Shown here: positions 1 to 12,600 of the stretch, in pieces
Numbering within the stretch: the stretch's first letter is position 1
Layout: each line of letters starts with the position of its first letter
NCBI GenBank assembly: GCA_002269645.1
Contig: NIVC01002982.1
Location: 1-36,875 of the forward strand
Length of the DNA: 36,875 nucleotides
DNA from: Macrostomum lignano
Taxonomy: Eukaryota
Direction: 5' to 3'
Made by a program: the position numbers and the translations under genes
Notes under the pieces: model-generated
Databases searched by the model: none
Told to the model about the DNA's origin: nothing
Seen by the model: the letters and a program-made list of their open reading frames with translations, nothing else

Positions 1-493
1 TCCGCTGGCTGCGCTCTTTTGCGGCTCCGTCTTGCAGCCTCTTCTTTCTGAAAGTTTCATGAAGAAGCAATAATTGCCTGCCAACAATGGGCCCGGGAGG
101 AATGCGTAGGCAGTGGCAGAAGCTTCACAAAAGAGCTGAAAGGCGAAAGAAAGACCCATGCAATAAAAACTGCTGCTGAGTGCTTTTTGAGAGGCTGGCT
201 GCATGAATGGGCGCTTGGAGAAATATAAAATGAACTTCCCCGAGATTCGAGCTTTACTAACAGTAGCATTGCGTGGATTGGTTGTACATAACAGAAAAAA
301 TATGAAATTATAAAAACTATCGTCTAATTTTGCGAGAAATTCTGCTCTAACGAAAACGATAATGAGGAAAATTGCCAGCAAGCATAAAATAAACAAGCAA
401 GTAAAACAAATATTCTTTTTCAGAAGTTGCAAAAAAGGAAAGAATAAAAAAGAAAGTTTGTGAGTGCCAGCTAAAAAGAGAACTTTAAAGACA

Positions 494-531
494 TCAATCA
501 ATCAATCAGTCAGTCAGTCAGTGTCAGTCAC

Positions 532-567
<36 letters not shown>

Positions 568-585
568 CCAATCAATCAATCAATC
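494..585. repeat. (AATC)n microsatellite with an (AGTC)n interruption
   Basis: Direct reading. Confidence 0.9.
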
Positions 586-617
586 CTGAGACTTCTGGCA
601 CAGTCTCCTACTTAATC
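580..617 (-). CDS. SCYL2: SCYL2-like tentative terminal exon ([12 protein letters not shown])
   Basis: Acceptor tcctctgcag at 618-619; phase 1 matches the previous tentative exon; TGA at 582-580. No homology support. Confidence 0.35.
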
Positions 618-3600
618 CTGCAGAGGATTTGAGCACCCCAATGCAGCCGAGCACTTTAAGCAAATCTCACCCGGTTGGACCGGACACTCTTGCCTCGCTA
701 AGTTTGCCGCTGCCGCCTCCGCCCGCTGCTGCTGCAGCTGCTGCTGCAGGCCCGAGGAGCTCCGGCGCCGCTGCTGCTGCTGCTGGTGCTGAACTGGCAG
801 GTCGGCAGCCGACGCTGACGAGTGAAGGCTGGCCGCGTCCGCGTCGAAACTGGCTTCTGCATCGTGATTAGCGGCGGCCGGATCAGGTTTGCCGGAGAGG
901 CGGGCGGGCGGGTTTCCAATGCTTCTCTTCTCGCATAGAAACAGAAAAATGTTGTCTGGTCTCGTTACGCTACTGTTAGTAGAGCCAACGCATTTGCACG
1001 TTGAGTCTCACCCGAATTCGTCCGTGGAATCGGCGCCCTCGGCGTCCTCCAGGCGCATCTGGGCGGACCGGCCCGATTCCAGGCGTTCCACATTTCGTTC
1101 AGCGTCTCCATGGCGACGCGAAAATCGTCCCGACGCAGATTGGGGTTCACCGTGTAGGGGATCAGATGGGCAGAACCTTGGTGGCGATCAGGTTGTAGCT
1201 GAGTCCGAACCGCTTGTCAGACAGCATGCGCTTGTAGATGTCTGAGGCGTTTTGTGGTGCGACTCACGGATGACTCCCTAAACCCTTCTCACTGCCACTC
1301 ACTCTTGAATATAAAACAGATTTTCGCAGGAGGGCTGCGGGCACCCTGACACAACGCCTTCGCGTGCGTCCTGCATCCAGCGGTGAGGCAATTCTGCCTA
1401 CTCCGCTGACTCCTGAGTACGAGTACGTACCCACTCACTCTGCATCTGCGTATCCGCCTCTCTATCCGCCTCTCTATCCACCTCTCTACCCGCCTCTCTA
1501 TCCGCCTCTCTGTCCGCCTCTCTATCCGCCTCTCTGTCCGCCTCTCTATCCGCCTCTCTGTCGCGCCTCTCTATCCGCCTCTCTATCCGCCTCTCTATCC
1601 GCCTCTCTATCCGCCTCTCTATCCGCCTCTGTCCGCCTCTCTATCCGCCTCTCTGTCCGCCTCTCTATCCGCCTCTCTATCCGCCTCTCTATCCGCTCTC
1701 TATCGCCACTCTATCCGCCTCTCTATCCGCCTCTCTATCCGCCTCTCTATCCGCCTCTCTATCCGCCTCTCTGTCCACCTCTCTATCCACCTCTCTGTCC
1801 GCCTCTCTATCCGCCTCTCTGTCCACCTCTCTATCCACCTCTCTGTCCGCCTCTCTATCCGCCTCTCTATCCGCCTCTCTATCCGCCTCTCTATCCGCCT
1901 CTCTGTCCGCCTCTCTATCCACCTCTCTGTCCGCCTCTCTATCCGCCTCTCTGTCCACCTCTCTATCCACCTCTCTGTCCGCCTCTCTATCCGCCTCTCT
2001 ATCCGCCTCTGTCCGCCTCTCTATCCGCCTCTCTGTCCGCCTCTCTATCCACCTCTCTGTCCACCTTTCTGTCCACCTCTCTATCCACCTCTCTATCCGC
2101 CTCTCTATCCGCCTCTCTATCCGCCTCTGTCCGCCTCTCTATCCGCCTCTCTGTCCGCCTCTCTATCCACCTCTCTATCCGCCTCTCTGTCCACCTTTCT
2201 GTCCGCCTCTCTATCCACCTCTCTATCCGCCTCTCTATCCGCCTCTCTATCCGCCTCTCTATCCGCCTCTCTGTCCGCCTCTCTATCCACCTCTCTATCC
2301 CCCTCTCTATCCGCCTCTGTATCCGCCTCTCTGTCCGCCTCTCTGTCCGCCTCTCTATCTACCTCTCTATCCGCCTCTCTGTCCACCTCTCTGTCCACCT
2401 CTCTATCCACCTCTCTATCCGCCTCTCTGCCCGCCTCTCTATCCACCTCTCTATCCGCCTCTCTGTCCGCCTCTCTATCCGCTTCTCTATCCGCCTCTCT
2501 ATCCGCCTCTGTCCGCCTCTCTATCCGCCTCTCTGTCCGCCTCTCTATCTACCTCTCTATCCGCCTCTCTGTCCACCTCTCTGTCCACCTCTCTATCCAC
2601 CTCTCTATCCGCCTCTCTGCCCGCCTCTCTATCCACCTCTCTATCCGCCTCTCTGTCCGCCTCTCTATCCGCTTCTCTATCCGCCTCTCTATCCGCCTCT
2701 CTGCCCGCCTCTCTATCCACCTCTCTATCCGCCTCTCTATCCGCCTTTCTATCCGCCTCTCTGTCCGCCTCTCTATCCTAAATCTCTTTGACCAAATAAA
2801 TGAGCTATTGTATTTCAACACTCTGCTAGTCCAGATCCCAACAGTCCCTGCACCCCAACTTACTCAGCACAGCCATGTAGATGTCTGGATCAGAAAACCC
2901 GATCTCGAGCAGAAAAGGCAGCAGATCCTCCAAGATGGCCATCTTGTCCAGCCGGTCCATCAGCCGCTCCAGGCAGGACAGCACGCCTACCTTCATCTGC
3001 AAGGGGCGAGGGATTTGCTGCTGATTAATTGGTCAATGGTTGGTTACTGATTTTTGGGTTCTGTTGCAATCGGGGATGCTGTTGCAGTGGGGTGCTGTTG
3101 GAGTGGGGTGCTGTTGGAGTGGGGTGCTGTTGGAGTGGGGTGCTGTTGGAGTGGGGTGCTGTTGGAGTGGGGTGCTGTTGGAGTGGGGTGCTGTTGGAGT
3201 GGGGTGCTGTTGGAGTGGGTGCTGTGTAGTGGGGTGGTGGTGTGCTGTGTAGTGGGGTGGTGGTGTGCTGTGTAGTGGGGTGGTGGTGTGCTGTGTAGTG
3301 GGGTGATGGTGTGCTGTGTAGTGGGGTGGTGGTGTGCTGTGTAGTGGGGTGCTGTTGGAGTGGAGTGCTGTGTAGTGGGGTGCTGTTGGATTGTGATTGT
3401 TGAGGGAGCCGCACTTCCCACTCACCGCAATGCTTTTGTTCTTTTGAAACAGCGCCTTGGCTTTGGGTAGGATCAGCTTCCTCAATGTAGCGTCATCGAT
3501 ATGATCCTGCAGCACCACGAACGAACTGAGCGCAGCCTCCTGAGTTGCGGGATCGGGCAGGAAGTCAATGAGCTTCAAATTCGAAAGTCGTGACAGTTTT

Positions 3601-6600
3601 AAGATCTCTCGCTTCGTTTGTGTCACGATTTTGCCGAAGCAAAACATCCAATGCAACCCAATGGTTTGATTTTTAGGGGAATGTTTTTATACCTTCTGAA
3701 AGGAATTTCTGCTCCAAGTACCATGAATTTGGCAGCAATTCAGTTCCGGGTCTTTGACAGCGAGCTGGGTTGGGTTTCAATTAGTATAAGTCAACTCCAG
3801 GCTTGCATCTCACACCTGTCTGACTTCTATTAACTCACCTGGCCGCTGGAAGAGTTCGAGTCCAATGTGGTGAACACGAGCGGGAGCAGGTCGCCTTTCA
3901 CCTGACTGTCGTCCAACTTCTCCACCAGAACGTCGCTGTGCTCAACCAGCACCAGGGTGACCTTAGGGGGATGGATTGAGTTTCCTGTTGCACCGACGGT
4001 TCCTCTGCTGTCTGATCAAAGTTCAATAAAGGTCAACTTTTCGTGTTTACTCCTTCCCCCTCTCTCCCGCGGTATTGTTGAGCCAAACTCAACCATCCCT
4101 CCATGAGCGCATGACAGATCTGCATTGCTGATTAAATATATAAGCCAGAGCAGAGCAGAGCTGCTCAGCAGTGCCCTCTCTGCATGGAGTCAGAGAGTTC
4201 AGCTATTGAATTTGCCGCATCTTGATGCACGCAGCGATACCCATCTGCCCTGGCCTCATTCAGTATTCACAGCCTCATGGACTCCTCTCCGATGTCGGGC
4301 CGTCCGATGTGCTCACCAGTGAGGAATTCGGGCCAAACGCTGACCTCCCCACTCCGACTACGAAAACGGAAAGAGGCGAATTGAGGCGAAAAAGGCTTAG
4401 CGGAGAGCCTGCAAATTAGGGCCGACAGCGGAATGCTGGGAGGGACGGGGCGAAGCAGCTCTGCTGGTCAAGATTGAAAGAGTTCGGAGCGGCAGCCGTA
4501 ATGACCCGAGCTGCTCCGGCCGCGACTCCACTCTCACTGATCTTTTTTGATGGCTAATTAGGGAGACGGCAAGGAAAAGCTCGCTCGGAGAATGCTGCAA
4601 CTCTGTGATGCAGGTGAGCATTGTCTAAATTAGTTAAGGAATTGAAGCTAGGGTTCTTCGTAATCCCGGGATTACAAGCTTCTGGGATTTTGACATCCTT
4701 ATTTGAACAGATGGAGAGGGAGTTCACAAGACCGAAATTTCACAGCGCCAACAAACTACTGCTTGGTCTTTGTTATTATATTAAGTTTTCTACGATGTGA
4801 AGTGACGGCTTTTGAAGGACAATGCAGTAGTTTTCGGCGTAGTGAAATTTCGGTCTTATGAAAGCGGCCCGCACAGATCCTGTCAAAGACTAAAACTCAC
4901 ACAGGATCTCTTTGGAAACAAAGATTTTCTTTAAGAACGGATAAGAGCGATATTGGAAAATTTTAGACAGCGAAATTTTATGAGACAATCCGAAATACGG
5001 GCTAGGATTTTATTTTCGTTAGATTGCTAATATAGCTCGTTAGATTGCTAATTAGATTGCTAATATACCTAATTAACTCCAGCGGGGGTTGAGTTTAAAC
5101 CTGGGGTGATGATAGGAGATAATAGTAGAAACGAAACTGGCCAATTGCTTTGATAGTTTGGGGAGGTTTGAAATGGAGCCGATTATAACTTGATAAGAAG
5201 ACAATGAACATTGTGCGGCTTATACGCAAGATAATTTGAGAGGGCTAAAGTGGAACTGACGAAAACTGGATAGAAAGGAAAATAGTGTACTTTGTGTGAG
5301 CTCCCGCACTATGGTCAGGCCTGAACTGGATAGAAAGGAAAATAGTGTACTTTGTGTGAGCTCCCGCACTATGGTCAGGCCTGAACTGGATAGAAAGGAA
5401 AATAGTGTACTTTGTGTGAGCTCCCGCACTATGGTCAGGCCTGAACTGGATAGAAAGGAAAATAGTGTACTTTGTGTGAGCTCCCGCACTATGGTCAGGC
5501 CTGAACTGGATAGAAAGGAAAATAGTGTACTTTGTGTGAGCTCCCGCACTATGGTCAGGCCTGAACTGGATAGAAAGGAAAATAGTGTACTTTGTGTGAG
5601 CTCCCGCACTATGGTCAGGCCTGAACTGGATAGAAAGGAAAATAGTGTACTTTGTGTGAGCTCCCGCACTATGGTCAGGCCTGAACTGGATAGAAAGGAA
5701 AATAGTGTACTTTGTGTGAGCTCCCGCACTATGGTCAGGCCTGAACTGGATAGAAAGGAAAATAGTGTACTTTGTGTGAGCTCCCGCACTATGGTCAGGC
5801 CTGAACTGGATAGAAAGGAAAATAGTGTACTTTGTGTGAGCTCCCGCACTATGGTCAGGCCTGAACTGGATAGAAAGGAAAATAGTGTACTTTGTGTGAG
5901 CTCCCGCACTATGGTCAGGCCTGAACTGGATAGAAAGGAAAATAGTGTACTTTGTGTGAGCTCCCGCACTATGGTCAGGCCTGAACTGGATAGAAAGGAA
6001 AATAAATTGTACTTTGTGTGGCTCCCGCACTATGGTCAGGCCTGAACTGGATAGAAAGGAAAATAAATTGTACTTTGTGTGGCTCCCGCACTATGGTCAG
6101 GCCTGAACTCGATAGAAAGGAAAATAAATTGTACATTGTGTGAGCTCCCGCACTATGGTCAGGCCTAAACTAGATAGAAAGGAAAGTACAATGTACATTG
6201 TGTGGCTCCCGCAATAGCTGATTGGACAGGGTTGAACTGGAACCGATGATAAAGGTTTAGATAGCAGACGACAACGTCAGACGCATAATCAAAAGTGTTG
6301 CACAAGCCTAGCAGACGCACCTGCGCCGTTTTGGGCCGTCGAAGCACCCCCAGTGTGTGCTCGCATAGGTGCTGACGGAACTCCTCGGGCCCGACCTGCA
6401 TCACCGCCCGCAGCAGGCAGGGCAGCACGTAGGGCGTCAGGTCGGCCGTCAGCTGCAGATTCTCCGCCACCAGCGGGCAGACCCGCTTGAACAGGATGTT
6501 CTGTGCGGGCAAGTTGAGGCATTGAAGGTCATCTCGTAGAAGCCATGAATTTTTTTATTAAAAACTTGCTCAATTCTGTTTGTACTGAGCTGCCTGGATT

Positions 6601-9600
6601 CTGAGAGGGAGGTGGCCAAACCATCTAATATACTAAAAATGAAATGCTTGGTTGCTTGCTTGTAATTGATTTTCTCCCGAACGGCTCAACCGATTTTCTT
6701 CAAACTTGCACTATTTGATCAGAAATTTTCCTGGCACGGTACATGCATCCTGGCAAAGAAATTGCTCAATGTTAAAGGGATTAAATATTCGAAAAACATG
6801 CTTTTTTGCAAAGGTCAAGCCAAATTTTCGACTTGAAATGCATTGTAAGAATGCTAGAGAAAAAACTGACTGGCTGAATTCCGATTGTGATAAAGATTGC
6901 ATCACAACAAGTTGAAAACAGTGTCGAAGAAATGCACACACGACTTGAATGAAATTGCGTAACCATATTGCCAACTTAAATTGAGACTGATTCTGGCTGA
7001 CTGAGAAATTGATTATGTCATAACTTTTTACTCCAATTGACTTGCTGTAAGAATTGAATTATAAGGGCCACAATTCAAGTTCTCCAATTAAAAAAGATTC
7101 AAGTTCTCCAATTAAAAAAGATAGCCCTGATGCGAACAGACTGGAATGCTAATGTAGCGACCTGGGTTCGAATCTTAGTGGTGCAAAAAAGATTTTTTTT
7201 ATTAAAACACCTTAAAAACACAAAACTGCTAAACATAAAAGAAGCGCAATGTCAAACATAGAAGAGCCACCATGTCGAACATTAAAGAGCCAACATATCG
7301 AACATAAAAGAGCCACCATGTCAAACATAAAAGAGCCAACATGTCAAACATAAAGAGCCACCATGTCAAACATTAAAGAGCCACCATGTCAAACCTAAAA
7401 GAGCCAAAATGTAGAATATAAAAGAGCCACCATGTCAACCATATAAGTGACTTTATGTCAAACATAAAGAGCCACCATGTCAAACATTTAAGAGCCACCA
7501 TGTAAAACATATAAGTGACTTTATGTCAAACATAAAAGAGCCACCATTTCGAACATTAAACAGCCACCATTTCGAACATTAAAGAGCCACCATTTCGAAC
7601 ATTAAAGAGCCACCATGTCGACCATAAAAGAGCCACTATTTCGAACATCAAAGAGCCACTATGTCAAACATTTAGGAGCCACTTTTTCGAACATTAAAGA
7701 GCCACCATGTCAAACATAAAAGAGCCAACATGTCAGACATTAAAAAGCCACCGTATCAAATATAAAAAGAGTTAGCTACCATGTAGAACAAAAAAGAGCC
7801 ACCATGTCAAACATTAAAGAGCCACCATGTCAAACATAAAAGAGCCAACATGTCAATCATAAAAGAGCCAACATGTCAAACATAAAGAGCCACCATGTCA
7901 AACATATATGTGACTTTATGTCAAACATTAAAGAGCCACCATTTCGAACATTAAAGAGCCACTATTTCGAACATTAAAGAGCCACCTTGTCAAACATGAA
8001 AGAGCTATAACATGAAGAATATTAAAGAGCCACCATGTCGAACATAAAGTAGCCGCCATGTAAAATATTAAAGAGCTACCATGTTAAACATAAAAGAGCC
8101 AACATGTTAAGCATTTAAGAGCCTTCGTGTCAAACCTAGAAGAGCCACCATGTCGAACATAACAGAGCTACCATGTCAAACATTAAAGAGCCACCATGTC
8201 AAACATTCAAAAGCCATTATGTCGTACATTAAAGAGCCACCATTTCGAACATTAAAGAGCCACCATGTCGAACATAAAAGAGCCACTATTTTGAACATTA
8301 AAGAGCCACCATTTCGAACATTAAAGAGCCACCATGTCGAACATAAAAGAGCCACCATGTCAAACATTAAAGAGCCACTATGTCAAACATTTAGGAGCCA
8401 CCATTTTGAACATTAAAGAGCCACTATGTCAAACATTTAGGAGCCACTTTGTCGAACATTAAAGAGCCACCATGTCAAACATAAAAGAGCCAACATGTCA
8501 GACATTAAAAAAGCCACCGTATCAAATATAAAAGAGTTACCATGTAGAACAAAAAAGAGCCACCATTTCGAACAAAAAAGAGCCACCATGCCAAACATTA
8601 AAGAGCCACCATGTAAAACAAAAGAGCCACCATTTCGAACATTAAAGAGCCACCATGTTAAACATAAAAGAGCCACCATGTAGAATATTAAAGAGCCACT
8701 ACGTTGAACATTAAAGGGCCATTATACCGAACATTAACCAGCCACCATGTCAAACCTAAAAGAACCACCATGTCAACATAAAAGAGCTACCATGTCAAAC
8801 ATTTAAGAGCCACCATGTAAAACATTAAAGAGCCACCATTTAGAACATTAAAGAGCCACCATGTCAAACATTAAAGAGCCACCATGTTAAACATAAAAGA
8901 GCAACCATGTCGAACATTTAAGAGCCACCATGTCAAACCTAAAAGAGCCACCATGTCAAACCTAAAAGAGCCACCCTGTCGAACATAAAAGAGCTACCAT
9001 GTCAAACATTAAAGAGCCACCATTTAGAACATTAAAGAGCCACCATGTCAAACATTTAAGACCCACCATATCAAACATATATGTGTCTTTATGTCAAACA
9101 TTAAAGAGCCACTATTTCGAACATTAAAGAGCCACCATGTAAAACAAAAGAGCCACCATGTCGAAAATTAAAGAGCCACCATGTCAAACATATATGTGAC
9201 TTTATGTCAAACATTAAAGAGCCACCATTTCGAACATAACAGAGCTACCATGTCAAACAATAAAGAGCCACCATGTCGAACATAAAAGAGCCACCATGTA
9301 AAACATTAAAGAGCCACCATGTCAAACAATAAAGAGCCACCATGTCGAACATAAAAGAGCCACCATGTAAAACATTAAAGAGCCACCATGTCAAACATTA
9401 AAGAGCCACCATGTCGAACATTAAAGAGCCACCATGTCGAATATTAAAGAGCCACCATGTCGAACATTAAAGAGCCATTATGTCAAACATTAAAAGTCAC
9501 CATGTTAAACATTAAAGAGCCACCATGTCAAACATTAAGGAGCCACCATGTCAAACCTAAAAGAGCCACCATGTCGAAAATTTAAGAGCCAAAATGTAGA

Positions 9601-12600
9601 ATATAAAAGAGCCACCATGTCAACCATATAAGTGACTTTATGTCAAACATTTAAGAGCCACCATGTTAAACCTAAAAGAGCCACCATGTTAAACCTAAAA
9701 GAGCCATCATGTTAAACCTAAAAGAGCCATCATGTCAAGCATAAAAGAGCCACCATGTCGAACATATAAGGGACTTTATGTCAAACATTAAAGAGCCACC
9801 ATGCCAAACATTAAAGAGCCACCATGTAAAACAAAAGAGCCACCATTTCGAACATTAAAGAGCCACCATGTTAAACATAAAAGAGCCACCATGTAGAATA
9901 TTAAAGAGCCACTACGTTGAACATTAAAGGGCCATTATACCAAACATTAACCAGCCACCATGTCAAACCTAAAAGAACCACCATGTCAACATAAAAGAGC
10001 TACCATGTCAAACATTAAAGAGCCACCATTTAGAACATTAAAGAGCCACCATGTCAAACATTTAAGAGCCACCATGTCAAACATATATGTGTCTTTATGT
10101 CAAACATTAAAGAGCCACCATTTCGAACATTAAAGAGCCACCATGTCAAACATTAAATAGCCACTTTGTCGAACATTAAAGAGCCACCTTGTTAAACATT
10201 AAATAGCCACTTTGTCGAACATTAAAGAGCCACCATGTCAGACATTAAAAAGCCATTGTTTCAAACATAAAAGAGTTGCCATGTAGAACATAAAAGAGCC
10301 ACCATGTCAAACATAAAATTTACACAATTTCAAACGTAAAAGTAAGCGAATTTTAAAGGAGCTGCTATAATGCTAAGGAAATTGTCGCACTAGCTACTTA
10401 TTGTCTGGTGGATGCTTGCTATCTGGGGGATGCTTGCTATCTGGGGGATGCTTGCTATCTGGGGGATGCTTGCTATCTGAGGGATGCTTGCTATCTGGGG
10501 GATACTTGCTATCTGGGGGATGCTTGCTATCTGGGGATGCTTGCTATCTGAGGGATGCTTGCTATCTGGGGGATGCTTGCTATCTGGGGGATGCTTGCTA
10601 TCTGGGGGATGCTTGCTATCTGGGGGATGCTTGCTATCTGGGGGATGCTTGCTATCTGGAGGATGCTTGCTATCTGGGGGATGGTTGCTATCTAGGGGAT
10701 GCTTGCTATCTGGGGGATGCTTGCTATCTGGGGGATGCTTGCTATCCAAGGGTTGCTTGCTGTCTTGGGATGATTTCTTTCTGCATTTCACTTCCTTTGA
10801 GTATTTTGTCTGTTTTCTTTGTGAAGGCTTTTTTTGGCTATCTTTTTGTTACTTGTAGAGAACAGAGATTCTATACAGATGTCCCCCAACGGGGGGCGAA
10901 GATTGCTAGTATCTATACTCATATTTAATCTGCCGCCTTAGAGTCCCTAGGGCAAAAACTTCCAAATCACAATGGCAGCTGCCTTGTGGAGCAGCCGCTG
11001 GTGAATAATTCAGGACTCGAGTCCGAATCGATAAGACTCAGTCGCTTCCAGCCAACTCCAGTAATTAAAGTAGAGCAAGTGCCGGCTTGCGATTTCGGAA
11101 TCGCTAAACTTTATAGTAGGAACTCGGTGCAGCCAGAGCAGGGAAAATTACCCTTTTCTTCCCAGCAGGGGTGCTTCTGCATTGAGTAGTTTGATTGAGC
11201 TGCTCAATGGGCTTGGAACTTCTCCAATAGAATTTGCTCACTGATTGGTTGGAGGGATTTGAGTGCACTCAGGCTTGCAGTCTGCCGATTGCGTAACTTC
11301 TAAATGAACTGCGCATGCGATCAGTGAAACTTCCAACTTTCCCCAAGGTTTCGAAAGGAATTTTAAATGCAAAAATATTTTTTAGGAAAGTCAGGGACCC
11401 AAGGGTAGTCAGGGATCCAAGGGTAGTCAGGGACCCAAGGGTAGTCAGGGATCCAAGGGTAGTCAGGGACCCAAGGGTAGTCAGGGATCCAAGGGTAGTC
11501 AGGGACCAAGGGTAGTCAGGGACCCAAGGGTAGTCAAAGACCCAAGGGTGGCCAGGGATCCAAGGGTAGTCAGGGAACAAGGGTAGTCAGGGAACAAGGG
11601 TAGTCAGGGATCCAAGGATAGTCAGGGATCCAAGGGTGTTCAGAGATCCAAGGGTAGTCAGGGATCCAAGGGTAGTCAGGGATCCAAGGGTAGTCAGGGA
11701 TCCAAGGGTAGTCAGGGATCCAAGGGTAGTCAGGGATCCAAGGGTAGTCAGGGATCCAAGGGTAGTCAGGGATCCAAGGGTAGTCAGGGATCCAAGGGTA
11801 GTCAGGGATCCAAGGGTAGTCAGGGATCCAAGGGTAGTCAGGGATCCAAGGGTAGTCAGGGAACAAGGGTAGTCAGGGATCCAAGGGTAGTCAGGGATCC
11901 AAGGGTAGTCAGGGATCCAAGGGTAGTCAGGGATCCAAGCCAGCTCACCTTGGGAAACTGCTCCCTCATCATGGTCTGCATGAGCAGACTGAAGAACTCC
12001 TTCTTCTGCTCAACCGTCTTGGCCTCGCAGGTGACCAGGCCCTCCAGAGCCAGCAGCAGCGGATCCTGGAAGTACTTGTTCTGCAGGCGGAGCACAAAAA
12101 GTGAAATAGCAGCAGCTCCAACATGCAGCAGGTTTTGTTTCTGCTAAGACAGCATGAGATCCCCATGAATCTCCCATCCCCCCACAGGAAGCGGAGATGC
12201 CACAGAAGTCATGCAAGTTAAACAGCGGCTCTGATTCCCTAGAGCAGGTGGGTTTTCTCCCTTCTCAAGCCCTCTTATGAGCCCTCAGCTGGTGGAGGCT
12301 GGGTTCGGCATCAGCGATCGCATTTTATCCCGTGGAGCAAGCAGAGCAGCCAGCAGAGGGATGGAAAAGTGCTTCCAGTGGGCGTGTGACGAATCTCTGT
12401 CGCTACTTCTGCCTCTGAGCCGCTGTCATGTCGCTCTCCGTGTTTCGTTCATTTTTCAGCTTTTAATTTAAATAATTTTTCCATCCCGCACTCTTCTGCT
12501 TCTGGCTGGGGGCTCCGAGACTCCCCGCTTGTTCTCTGCTTTTTATCTAGCCTGATTTCTACCGCGGGATGAATCTGCTTTGCTGTTAGTATGCTGAGCC

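Larger units (their letters stand above)
6624..10909 (+). mobile_element. Candidate non-autonomous Helitron carrying internal tandem repeats
   Basis: 5' A|TCTAATATACTAAAAATGAAATG..(GCTT)n..GAACGGCTCAACCGATTTT resembles invertebrate Helitron 5' ends. The 3' GC hairpin GTCCCCCAACGGGGGGC is followed 8 nt later by CTAG|T. The A|T target has no TSD. Pairing of the two ends is inferred. Confidence 0.45.

Noticed and set aside
1364-2791. 475-aa PPLY/SIRL ORF and the DREADREA ORFs
   Set aside because: Translations of a 12-bp intronic minisatellite; the unit length is a multiple of 3 and lacks stops in several frames.
5220-6045. Three ~250-aa ORFs with 20-aa repeats; superficially CRISPR-like regular array
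   Set aside because: A pure 60-bp tandem repeat with no unique spacers, no cas genes, and a eukaryotic intron context.
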